Both the position numbers and the translations under genes were made by a program. The notes under the pieces were generated by a model, which had not been told where the DNA came from, made no database searches, and saw only the letters and a list, made by a program, of their open reading frames with translations. Shown here in pieces: positions 34,878 to 43,049 of a DNA stretch of 47,060 bases. This stretch comes from an uncultured Christensenellaceae bacterium (GTDB lineage: Bacteria; Bacillota; Clostridia; Christensenellales; DTU072). The stretch is taken from contig CAYXBO010000001.1 of the NCBI GenBank assembly GCA_964463195.1, forward strand, positions 1 through 47,060, given 5' to 3'. Position 1 is the stretch's first letter, and each line of letters begins with the position of its first letter.

Positions 34878-37139
34878 ATGAAAAAGACTATCGTCGCAAC
34901 GCTTTTGATTATCGTTATTTTAGCCGCAAGCCTGACGGGCTGTACGTTTATCAGAGCCAACGAACAGCGTCAGCTCGAACAGACTCTTATCGTCGTCGAA
35001 AAGGACGGGCTCAAGCTGTCCGTTACTCAGATGGAGCTCATCGATAATATCAACAGCTCGGTCTACAATTACGTTCAGTACGGAATGACCGTCGAACAAG
35101 CCATAAATTACGTTATCGAAGGGCGCGTCCAATCCAAAATTCTGGTTATCGAGGCAATGCAGTATCTGCCGACCGTTGAGAGAAGACGGGCGGTTCAGAG
35201 AAACGCAACCGTAACTAAACCCGAGGACGTTTTAACTTACGCCGAATATTGCGAGGCGATAATTGCAGTAAACAATCAGATTCAGGATTCCATAGACAAC
35301 TACGTCAAGGAATACGAGGATAACCTTAAGAAAACCGAGGTTACCAACGCTTCCAAAAACAACGTGGAGAAAATAGAGATTGAGTCGGGACTTAACGAAG
35401 AATATATCGTCGGAGAGTCCTTAGCCCTCGACGACCTTAAGCTTCGTATCGTCTATAAGGACGGAACCGAAGCGGTAATTCCGGTAATTTCCTCTATGGT
35501 AGACACGGAGTTCTCTTCCCAGAGCGCCGGAGATTTCGAGCTAATCCTCGCTCTGGACGTTAACGTGGAAAAGGACGGCGTCGTCGAAACCGAAAAGATT
35601 AAGACCGAAAACGGCAAGTATACCGTTAAGGCTGCGCCTACCGTCAAGACGACTACGCTCGACGACGAAAATTACAATCCGCACAGCCATTCCAATGCCT
35701 ACATCGACAGCATCCGCTATATGACCGAGGCGGAATTGAGAACGTGGGTCACCGGCAACGAGGCTAAAAAGTACGATTACAACAACGGAAAGGGTGTCGT
35801 TCCTACACCCATCGACCTCGAGGCGATGCCCACAGCAGACATGTCCGCCGCCGAAAAGGACGCCTGGAGACGCTTAAAAACCAACCTTACCACCAACTAC
35901 AGAAGTCCCGAATACTATTACCGCTCCAACTTCGAGTCGCAGGTTCTGTCCGCGCTTCAGCACGAGCTCTATCAGAACGTGGACGAGGAAATTGCGTCCG
36001 ACGGAGATTTCAACGCAAGCGTTCTGGAGCAGTTCTCCGCGCTTTCCGCCCAGGACAGCGTCAAATACGAGCGCATGACCGTAAAAGACAGAAAGTCGGC
36101 GTTTATTTCGGCGATTTCCTCAAGTCTCGAATCTCTCTACTTCTGCCCCTCGGTGGAAAACCTCAACGAATACTATTACGTGCAGCACGTTTTGTTTAAA
36201 TTCGACGACGAAACCTTCAATTTTATCAAAGCCAACAACCTCGACCCCATTAAGGATAAGAAGGAATTCGAGAAGCTCGTTTCCCGTCAGAAGGTAAGAG
36301 AGGCTAACCCGCTTTACGACGCAAGCTACGAATGCGGCGCGGAGCACTTCGACGAAGACGGTAACTATATCGCCAATCCCGAAGGTTGCAAGTTTAATGT
36401 CTCTGAATATCTCAATCTCGGAAAGAGCAATTATCAGTATATGATAGACCATCCGGACGGACAATACTACTGCCCGTCGGTCGCCTATCTCAGGAACGAA
36501 ACTCCTGTTACGGATGTTCTCGCCGAGTTCGCCGACGCCCTCGCCACGGCAAAGAGCCTTAACGATACGCAGAAATTAAAGGAAACCTTTGAATGGTTCA
36601 TTTACCGCTTCTCCGACGTCAACAGCGGCAGCTTCAACAACGACCTCGGTTACCTTATAACCCCCGATAAATCCGATTCCTCGCTTGTCGACGGCTTCTA
36701 CGCCTTCGGCAAACTGCTCGGTGCGCAGGCGGAATATAAGGCGGAGAACGAAGGTATCTACACCGTTTCGGATGAGGTTATCAATGGAAACGGACAATAC
36801 GGCGCATACGTCATGAAATACCAAAGCAAAGGCGGCAACGCATTGCAGTACGTTGTGGGGACCGACAATTCCTCTTACGCAGGTATCCACGTTTTAATGC
36901 TTCAGAAAGTGCCGTTTACCACATCCGCGGACTGGAACTACGAAAGCTTCGTAAATTCCGCCAACGACAAGACGATTTCCAAAGCCTTGGCAGACGGAAT
37001 AATCTCTACGCGCCGCTCCACTGCATACAGCAACTTCACTTCCGAAAAACTCAAGGACTACGACGAGAGAGAGGACGTAACCGTTACCAAAGAGGAAAAG
37101 AAAATCAAATCGCTCATCTCTCAGTATACCGGTTCGTAA
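34878..37139 (+). CDS. Lipoprotein, divergent PrsA/parvulin-like foldase candidate (~753 aa)
   Basis: ORF 34821-37139. Start moved to ATG 34878 (AAAGGGAG upstream), giving MKKTIVATLLIIVILAASLTGC = lipobox LTG|C. Parvulin-like landmarks: YYVQHVLFKF, SDVNSGSFNNDLGYLI, LVDGFYAFGKLL and GIHVLMLQKV, interrupted by a long Cys-containing insert. Confidence 0.5.
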   Translation: MKKTIVATLLIIVILAASLTGCTFIRANEQRQLEQTLIVVEKDGLKLSVTQMELIDNINSSVYNYVQYGMTVEQAINYVIEGRVQSKILVIEAMQYLPTVERRRAVQRNATVTKPEDVLTYAEYCEAIIAVNNQIQDSIDNYVKEYEDNLKKTEVTNASKNNVEKIEIESGLNEEYIVGESLALDDLKLRIVYKDGTEAVIPVISSMVDTEFSSQSAGDFELILALDVNVEKDGVVETEKIKTENGKYTVKAAPTVKTTTLDDENYNPHSHSNAYIDSIRYMTEAELRTWVTGNEAKKYDYNNGKGVVPTPIDLEAMPTADMSAAEKDAWRRLKTNLTTNYRSPEYYYRSNFESQVLSALQHELYQNVDEEIASDGDFNASVLEQFSALSAQDSVKYERMTVKDRKSAFISAISSSLESLYFCPSVENLNEYYYVQHVLFKFDDETFNFIKANNLDPIKDKKEFEKLVSRQKVREANPLYDASYECGAEHFDEDGNYIANPEGCKFNVSEYLNLGKSNYQYMIDHPDGQYYCPSVAYLRNETPVTDVLAEFADALATAKSLNDTQKLKETFEWFIYRFSDVNSGSFNNDLGYLITPDKSDSSLVDGFYAFGKLLGAQAEYKAENEGIYTVSDEVINGNGQYGAYVMKYQSKGGNALQYVVGTDNSSYAGIHVLMLQKVPFTTSADWNYESFVNSANDKTISKALADGIISTRRSTAYSNFTSEKLKDYDEREDVTVTKEEKKIKSLISQYTGS

Positions 37140-37160
37140 TAACGGTTTAAAAAGGATGCA

Positions 37161-37194
37161 AAAGCCCGACTGATATCACAGTCGGGCTTTTTTG
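37161..37194 (+). terminator. Rho-independent terminator of the PrsA-like gene
   Basis: 12-bp stem AAAGCCCGACTG / CAGTCGGGCTTT followed by a T6 run, 22 nt after the stop. Confidence 0.85.
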
Positions 37195-37203
37195 TTGCAG
37201 CTT

Positions 37204-37444
37204 GTCATTGCGGGACTATGGAATAAAATTAAGGCGGTGCTGCGCACCTAATTGTTAATATATTATTAAGCACTGGATTGCTTTGTCGCTACGCTCCGCG
37301 CAATGACAGTCTATGACAGCCGCTTCCATCGTCATTGCGAGACTTCAGTCGAAGCAATCCAGTGCTTTAATAAAATACCTTATTTATTTGCGGGAGGTGC
37401 TTCGAGGGGCTGGATTGCCGCGTCACTTCGTTCCTCGCAATGAC
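37204..37444. repeat. Cluster of 3-4 copies of the GTCATTGCGAG...GCAATCC element in alternating orientation
   Basis: Partial GTCATTGCGGGAC (37204-37216). GGATTGCTTTGTCGCTACGCTCCGCGCAATGAC (37275-37307). GTCATTGCGAGACTTCAGTCGAAGCAATCC (37331-37360). GGATTGCCGCGTCACTTCGTTCCTCGCAATGAC (37412-37444). Copies 2 and 3, with flanking CACT/AGTG, form a long inverted repeat. Confidence 0.8.
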
Positions 37445-37520
37445 GATTTAAATTACTTATCCTCAAGAATCGTTGCCGTGGGACGCCCTTTGCAATCGCG
37501 AAACAAAAAGTACGTATCAT

Positions 37521-37554
37521 AAACAAAAAAGGCAACGGAAATATTCCGTTGCCT
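37521..37554 (-). terminator. Rho-independent terminator of the minus-strand Wzz-like gene
   Basis: AGGCAACGG / CCGTTGCCT stem. On the minus strand it is followed by TTTTTTGTTT, 25 nt after the stop at 37579. Confidence 0.75.
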
Positions 37555-37578
37555 TTTGCCGTTATACCGATGTTTGTT

Positions 37579-39036
37579 TTAGCCGTTAAACGCTTCCCAT
37601 TCCTTGCGGTTTACGAGCGAGCGGTAGGTTAAGAGCACGGCTATTATTGCCGCTACAATAACCGCTATGACTGCCGCTATAAGCATGGTGGTCAGAGAGG
37701 TCATGAGATTCAGCTGATATACTGCCGGAACTGCCGTAGAAATGGAATCCGAGAAGGCTTCGGTTTCCAGATACTCGTCGGTGGTGAGGTTTATCGAAAT
37801 AATCAGATTGTTGAGTTTTGTGGAAATATTCTCAGCCTGTTTGGTTGCGGACGCCTTGTTTTTAGCGATAGTTTCTTCGTCGGCGACAGTATTGTCGGGG
37901 TCGAGGTTGGCTTTGAATTTCTCTATTCTGTCTTCAAGGTCCGCGAGGTCTCTCTGATAATTGGTGAGGTTGACCTGTGCGGTGGTCTTGCGGGTGACCA
38001 GCTCGTCGTATTTTGCGGAGGGAGTGGAGAGGAACATGCCGTTCGCTCCGTTTTCTCCCTGAACGTAGATTGCGCCGTTATTGTATTCCTCAATGGAGCC
38101 CGAAAGAGATTCGATAAGGGCTTTCGTAGAATCGATTTGGTTGTTGAGCCTGACCTTTTTGGCTTCGAGGCTTTTAATGATAGACGCAGGATTGTTCGTA
38201 ATACCGTTGTTTGTGACGTGATTTTCAAAAATCGCAACGTCCAAATCTCTCAGGAGCTCTACGGAATTGATGAGGTCGTTGAAGGAAAGGGAGGTTTCCG
38301 AGCTTCTGAAATTGGGTGCGCTCTGAGCCTTGTTCTCGAGGTACATGAGTATTGTGGAAATACGGCTGCTGAAGACGTCGTACATATCGACGAAATCGTA
38401 TTCTTCGAGGTTGATGCTCGGAGCAATCGTTGCGAGGATGTTGTCCTCTGAGTAGGTTTCCTTAAAGTATTCGACGTAGCTTGCGACAATCTTGTTGAGA
38501 AGGGCGGGAGCCGTTTTCTTGTCGAGCCCGCACTTTTTAAGGTCGGAAATAGTCAGTCTGTAGCGCGACGGGAAATAGGTTAAGTCGTTGAGCTGGGTGA
38601 GCTGAGTAACGTCCTTTTCGGCAATGGAATTTATAATGAGTATCTTCTGCATTATGTCGTCGGGAACGATTCCTTCTATCGTAAGATTGTCGATTATTTC
38701 GTTCTGATATTTCACGTCGATATCTATGCCGTCGTTTCTGAGCATGGCGATTGCGTTGGAAACGACGTTAGAGGACTTGATTTTGGATACGTCAAAGGTC
38801 CTTCCGAACGGGTCTTTGCCATCTTCGATGCCCTTGAAGTTGAAGTCAACGAGAGTTTCCGCAGTGGCGTTGTCTTTGTAAGTTGCAAGAATTACGCTGC
38901 CGGAGATGAGGGCGACGAGGAGAATTGCCGCGACGCAAAGAATAAGCATTCTCACGCCGGATTTTTTCAGAAGCCAGAACAGCTTTTTGAAAGTAAATTC
39001 GCCGTTCTGTTCTTTAATTTCGGGTACTTGTCCCAT
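37579..39036 (-). CDS. Bitopic membrane protein with Wzz/polysaccharide co-polymerase-like architecture (485 aa)
   Basis: Good SD (AAAGAGAGG). TM1 MLILCVAAILLVALISGSVILAT near the N-terminus and TM2 LTTMLIAAVIAVIVAAIIAVLLTY near the C-terminus. They flank ~400 aa of helix/coiled-coil-like sequence. The call rests on architecture only, with no diagnostic motif. Confidence 0.45.
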   Translation of the reverse strand: MGQVPEIKEQNGEFTFKKLFWLLKKSGVRMLILCVAAILLVALISGSVILATYKDNATAETLVDFNFKGIEDGKDPFGRTFDVSKIKSSNVVSNAIAMLRNDGIDIDVKYQNEIIDNLTIEGIVPDDIMQKILIINSIAEKDVTQLTQLNDLTYFPSRYRLTISDLKKCGLDKKTAPALLNKIVASYVEYFKETYSEDNILATIAPSINLEEYDFVDMYDVFSSRISTILMYLENKAQSAPNFRSSETSLSFNDLINSVELLRDLDVAIFENHVTNNGITNNPASIIKSLEAKKVRLNNQIDSTKALIESLSGSIEEYNNGAIYVQGENGANGMFLSTPSAKYDELVTRKTTAQVNLTNYQRDLADLEDRIEKFKANLDPDNTVADEETIAKNKASATKQAENISTKLNNLIISINLTTDEYLETEAFSDSISTAVPAVYQLNLMTSLTTMLIAAVIAVIVAAIIAVLLTYRSLVNRKEWEAFNG

Positions 39037-39081
39037 AATGCTAGGTTACCTCTCTTTATTATAATAAACGGTATTTAGTAC

Positions 39082-39111
39082 AGTATAGCATATACAAAAT
39101 ATAAGAAACAA
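39082..39111 (-). promoter_or_regulatory. Candidate promoter of the Wzz-like gene
   Basis: Minus strand reads TTGTTT - 18 nt - TGcTATACT (extended -10), about 45 nt upstream of the start codon. Confidence 0.4.
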
Positions 39112-39252
39112 GTATTTTCTCGGAATTAAAGTTTTATAAAGCGACAAATAGCGAGCGAAAACGCCATAGAGCGGCGTTTTCGCCGGATTGCAGCGCGATT
39201 GATTTATCCGGCGGAAAATTGCGGGTTTACACAGAAAATATGCTCAATGAGG

Positions 39253-39281
39253 TTGGCTTCGGTCAAATAATGTTATATAAT
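39253..39281 (+). promoter_or_regulatory. Candidate promoter of the MBL-CPBP-CPBP-tadA-pth-mfd chain, positioned for a leaderless transcript
   Basis: TTGGCT (39253-39258) - 17 nt - TATAAT (39276-39281). The ATG at 39288 starts 7 nt after the -10 box. No SD is present. Confidence 0.4.
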
Positions 39282-39287
39282 AAACTT

Positions 39288-40076
39288 ATGTCTATATCTA
39301 TTTGTCCTTTGGGAAGCGGTTCCAAAGGCAACGCCACAGTCATAAGATGCGGCGAAACCGTCGGACTTATTGACGCAGGGCTTCCGTTCTGTACGCTAAA
39401 GGCTCGTTTGGAGAGCGTGGGAATTCCGACGGGCACGCTTTCCTTCGTGGTTCTGACGCATGACCACGACGACCATATCGCGGCTTTATCCGAGCTCGCG
39501 ACGGCTTACGACGTTCCCGTTTACGCTAACGAGGAAACCATGCGGGCGGTAAGGCTCAAAAAGGAAATTCCTTTGAAGAACGCCATGGAAATCAGCGAAA
39601 TGCCGTTTTATATCGGGGCTCTCGAGTTTGAGCCCTTCAAGGTGTCTCACGATGCGGCTAACCCGTTCGGATATTCGGTAAACGACGGCTTTTCGAGGTT
39701 CAGCTACGCGACGGACCTGGGAATTATGACGGACAAGGTTTTCGATGCGTTTACGGAAAGCTCTCTGGTCATGCTGGAAAGCAATCACGACCGCGAAATG
39801 CTTTTCGGCGGTAAATACCCCGAGTTTCTGAAGAGAAGAATCTGGGGCGGGAGGGGACATCTCTCAAACGACACGTGCGCCCAAACCGTGGTGGGGCTGG
39901 CGGAAAAAGGAGTGAAACACGTGGTTTTATCCCATCTTTCCGAAGAGAACAATTTGCCCGAGCTCGCATATTTCACTACGGCTTCCGCTCTCAGGGAGTG
40001 CGGGGCGACGAAAGAGGACGTTCGGCTGACGGTCGCAAAGCAGCATTACGTGACGGGCTTTATCGAGGTTAAGTAG
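39288..40076 (+). CDS. MBL-fold metallo-hydrolase (YycJ/WalJ-like)
   Basis: ORF 39219-40076 (TTG). ATG 39288 is preferred because it gives MSISICPLGSGSKGNATVI..LIDAGL, as in this family. HxHxDH motif VLTHDHDDHI; C-terminal HLS. The start is uncertain (39240 and 39270 are alternatives). Confidence 0.8.
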   Translation: MSISICPLGSGSKGNATVIRCGETVGLIDAGLPFCTLKARLESVGIPTGTLSFVVLTHDHDDHIAALSELATAYDVPVYANEETMRAVRLKKEIPLKNAMEISEMPFYIGALEFEPFKVSHDAANPFGYSVNDGFSRFSYATDLGIMTDKVFDAFTESSLVMLESNHDREMLFGGKYPEFLKRRIWGGRGHLSNDTCAQTVVGLAEKGVKHVVLSHLSEENNLPELAYFTTASALRECGATKEDVRLTVAKQHYVTGFIEVK

Positions 40077-40077
40077 T

Positions 40078-41004
40078 ATGGTCGGGCCTTGCGAAAAGAA
40101 AACCTGCCTGAGCCCCTTCGACGCGGCTGTTCTCATAGCGTTATCGCTCGTTTTCGGGACGGTTTTATCGACGCTGGCGTTTATTCCGATGCCCGAAAAC
40201 ATCCGCGCGTTCCTGTCGTATGCGGCGGTGCAGGCGGCAATCCTCGCCGTACTCTTTATATATATAAAGATAAGGAAGCAGCCGGTTTCCGTCCTCGGAG
40301 TTTCGGAAAAACCGAAGCCAGCAGCACTTGCTCTCACTCCGGTCATGGCAATAGGGGCAATCGCGCTGTTTATGATTGTGAACTATATCGCGGTGTACGT
40401 TTACGCCGCTTGCGGCATAGAAACCGCGGTTGCCGCTCCCGCGTGGGACAGGTGGGAGAACGTAGTTCTCGGTATCCTCACCATGTGCGTTTTACCCGCC
40501 TTCGGAGAGGAGCTGCTGTTTCGGGGCGCGGTGCTCGGGGCTGAGAGACGGTTCGGAGACAAAAAGGCGATAATTACCGTAGCGGTGGTTTTCGCGCTTT
40601 ACCACTTCAACCTCGCGCAGACCTGGTATCAGCTGTTCTACGGCACGTTCCTCGCGTTTATCGTCGTAAAAACCGACAACGTGTGGTACGCGGTGTCCCT
40701 TCACTTCTTCAATAACCTGTTCGTTCAGCTCTTGTCGCTCATACCGTCTATAGGCGCGCTGGACGTTTTCAGCTGGGCGAACATGGGAATACTTTTGTCG
40801 ATTTCTTTGGGCGGCGCGGGCATTCTGTCAACGTCGGGGCTGCTCTTCCTGAGAACGGTAGGGGATAAAAAGCTTTCCGGAAAAACGGCGGAAGCCGACG
40901 CGGTAACTCTTAAAGCCGACAGAACGGCAAATTGCGCTTTAATCGGCGGACTGGCAATTATATGGATAATAACAGTAATAATCTCACTTACGGGGGCGTT
41001 ATGA
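40078..41004 (+). CDS. CPBP family intramembrane glutamic endopeptidase (CAAX protease-like), copy 1
   Basis: Polytopic protein. Motifs FGEELLFRG, FALYHF and HFFNN in order. GAGGT SD 8 nt upstream. Starts 1 nt after the MBL stop. Confidence 0.85.
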   Translation: MVGPCEKKTCLSPFDAAVLIALSLVFGTVLSTLAFIPMPENIRAFLSYAAVQAAILAVLFIYIKIRKQPVSVLGVSEKPKPAALALTPVMAIGAIALFMIVNYIAVYVYAACGIETAVAAPAWDRWENVVLGILTMCVLPAFGEELLFRGAVLGAERRFGDKKAIITVAVVFALYHFNLAQTWYQLFYGTFLAFIVVKTDNVWYAVSLHFFNNLFVQLLSLIPSIGALDVFSWANMGILLSISLGGAGILSTSGLLFLRTVGDKKLSGKTAEADAVTLKADRTANCALIGGLAIIWIITVIISLTGAL

Positions 41005-42038
41005 CGAAAACCGCAAAAACAGGACTTATATATTTTATATCGACGGTGCTGTTGCTATTGAACCGCACTATAAACAGTCTTTATCCGCTGTCGGATAACT
41101 GGAGCGGCTGGCTCTATTCCGTAACCTCTCAGATACTCATTATGTTCGTGCTACCTACGGTGCTTTACATGATAATGATAAAGAGAGACGGCAGCCTGTG
41201 GCAGGACGTGAATATCCTTCCTAAAAAGAAGCTCAATCCCGCGGTTTGGGGATTGGTTATTGCGGCCGTTCCGTTGTTCATTTTCCTGACCCGCTGCATC
41301 TCCGTTCTTTGGAACGGACTGCTGCTCCCGATTGTGGGATTTACCTCGGTGTCGGGAGTCGGAACCATATATTCCGAGCCGTCGGTTCTCGTGATGGAGC
41401 TTTTAACCGGCGCGTTGCTTCCCGGCTTCTGCGAAGAGTTTTTCAACCGCGGGCTCCTCAATATGAGCATTTGGGATACTAAAGACGATAATGTGAGGGC
41501 AATAATCATCGGCGTGGTGTTCGGACTTTTCCATATGAACGTACAGCAGTTCGGATACGCGATATTCGGAGGGTTCGTGCTCGGATTCCTTTTCGTCAAG
41601 ACCAAAAACCTTTGGGCGGGCGTAATTTTACACGTCGCCAACAACGCCTGGAATACGATTTGCGACTACGCCGACCAGAAGGAGCTCGCGCTCGGAGCGT
41701 TATACAACAGGGTCTGGGATTTCATGACCTCGAGCGTGCTCGTTCTTCTGGTGCTGACCGTCGTTGCGGCGATGGCGCTTGCGTCAGTCGTTGCGTTAAT
41801 CGGAAGACTGGCGGATAAAAGCCCCGAGCGGAGTAAGGCAACCGGTGCGGATACTGTCGAAGAGCCGAGGGAGAGAAGCTTTGCGGAAACCGTATTCGGG
41901 TTTGTCAAGCAGGAAAATACGGCGGCTCCTGAAAGTACGGCCAAAGCTAAGTTTTACGAATACGGCTTTCTCGTCGCGGCGTTGGTCGTCATGGCGGTCG
42001 CGACGCTGGCAACCTTTATCTGGGGTCTCGTGAGATGA
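41001..42038 (+). CDS. CPBP family intramembrane glutamic endopeptidase, copy 2
   Basis: ORF 40932-42038. Start placed at ATG 41001 (ATGA overlap with copy 1). Motifs FCEEFFNRG, FGLFHM and HVANNAW. Confidence 0.8.
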   Translation: MTKTAKTGLIYFISTVLLLLNRTINSLYPLSDNWSGWLYSVTSQILIMFVLPTVLYMIMIKRDGSLWQDVNILPKKKLNPAVWGLVIAAVPLFIFLTRCISVLWNGLLLPIVGFTSVSGVGTIYSEPSVLVMELLTGALLPGFCEEFFNRGLLNMSIWDTKDDNVRAIIIGVVFGLFHMNVQQFGYAIFGGFVLGFLFVKTKNLWAGVILHVANNAWNTICDYADQKELALGALYNRVWDFMTSSVLVLLVLTVVAAMALASVVALIGRLADKSPERSKATGADTVEEPRERSFAETVFGFVKQENTAAPESTAKAKFYEYGFLVAALVVMAVATLATFIWGLVR

Positions 42039-42487
42039 CGGATACCGAGCTTATGGCGCTTGCTTTGGAGGAAGCCTCCGCCGCGGCTCTTGCGGGAGAG
42101 GTTCCCGTCGGGGCGGTTCTTGCAAAGGACGGAGAGCCCGTCGTAAGATGCGGTAACATGAAGGAGCGCAGCGGGCTGTCAACGAGGCACGCCGAGCTCG
42201 CCGCAATCGAAGAGGGCATGAAGCTCTTCGGAAAATACCTTTACGACTGCACTCTTTACGTAACTCTCGAGCCCTGCGCAATGTGTTCGGGAGCTATAAT
42301 CAACGCGAGAGTGGGGCGCGTGGTTTTCGGGGCGTTCGACCCGAAGGCGGGGTGCGCCGGCAGTCTCTACAATCTTTTGGAGGATAACCGTTTCAATCAC
42401 CGCCCCGAGGTTTCGGGCGGAGTGGAAAAGGAAAAATGCGGCGAGATTTTAAGCGCGTTTTTCAAGGAAAAGAGAGGACGAAAATGA
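42035..42487 (+). CDS. tadA: tRNA-specific adenosine(34) deaminase
   Basis: HAELAAI and PCAMCSGAI zinc-binding motifs, 150 aa. ATGA overlap with the upstream gene. Confidence 0.9.
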   Translation: MTDTELMALALEEASAAALAGEVPVGAVLAKDGEPVVRCGNMKERSGLSTRHAELAAIEEGMKLFGKYLYDCTLYVTLEPCAMCSGAIINARVGRVVFGAFDPKAGCAGSLYNLLEDNRFNHRPEVSGGVEKEKCGEILSAFFKEKRGRK

Positions 42488-43041
42488 AGCTTATAGTAGG
42501 TCTCGGAAACATAGGAAAGGAATACGAAAACACCTTCCACAATATGGGGTTTCTGGCAGTCGACGCTCTTGCTGAAAAAATCGGGGTTTCCCTCAGAAAA
42601 ACCGAGTGTTCCGCTACGACCGGTGCGGGGAAAATCGGAGCGGAAAGAGTTATTCTCGCAAAGCCGACTACCTATATGAATCTGTCCGGCGGAGCAGTCA
42701 AAAGTCTGCTCGTCAAATATAAAGCAAATCCCGAGGACGTGATAATTATATACGACGATATCGACCTTCCGCGGTTTAAGACGAGGGCAAGGGAAGCGGG
42801 CAGCGCGGGGACGCACAACGGCATGCGCGACGTGGTTCTCAAATGCGGCACCACGGAGATAAAGAGAATAAGAATAGGTATCGGAAGAAACGAGGGCGAA
42901 TTGAAGGATTTCGTGCTGTCTGCCTTGACTAAATCGGACAGAGAAACCTTTAAAACGGTTTTCGGTAAGGTAGCCGACGCGCTGTCGGAGTATATCGCGG
43001 ACGGAGATTTCCCCCGCCTTATGAGGACGCTTAACGCATAG
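42484..43041 (+). CDS. pth: Peptidyl-tRNA hydrolase
   Basis: ORF 42436-43041. Start moved to ATG 42484 (ATGA overlap with tadA), giving MKLIVGLGNIGKEYENTFHNMGF, the canonical Pth N-terminus. Confidence 0.9.
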   Translation: MKLIVGLGNIGKEYENTFHNMGFLAVDALAEKIGVSLRKTECSATTGAGKIGAERVILAKPTTYMNLSGGAVKSLLVKYKANPEDVIIIYDDIDLPRFKTRAREAGSAGTHNGMRDVVLKCGTTEIKRIRIGIGRNEGELKDFVLSALTKSDRETFKTVFGKVADALSEYIADGDFPRLMRTLNA

Positions 43042-43049
43042 CACACAGT

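Noticed and set aside
39155-39183. Perfect 11-bp-stem hairpin GCGAAAACGCC-atagagc-GGCGTTTTCGC as a terminator
   Set aside because: There is no U-run on either strand, and it lies between two divergent promoters, so nothing upstream needs terminating. Its function is unexplained; it may be a regulatory site.
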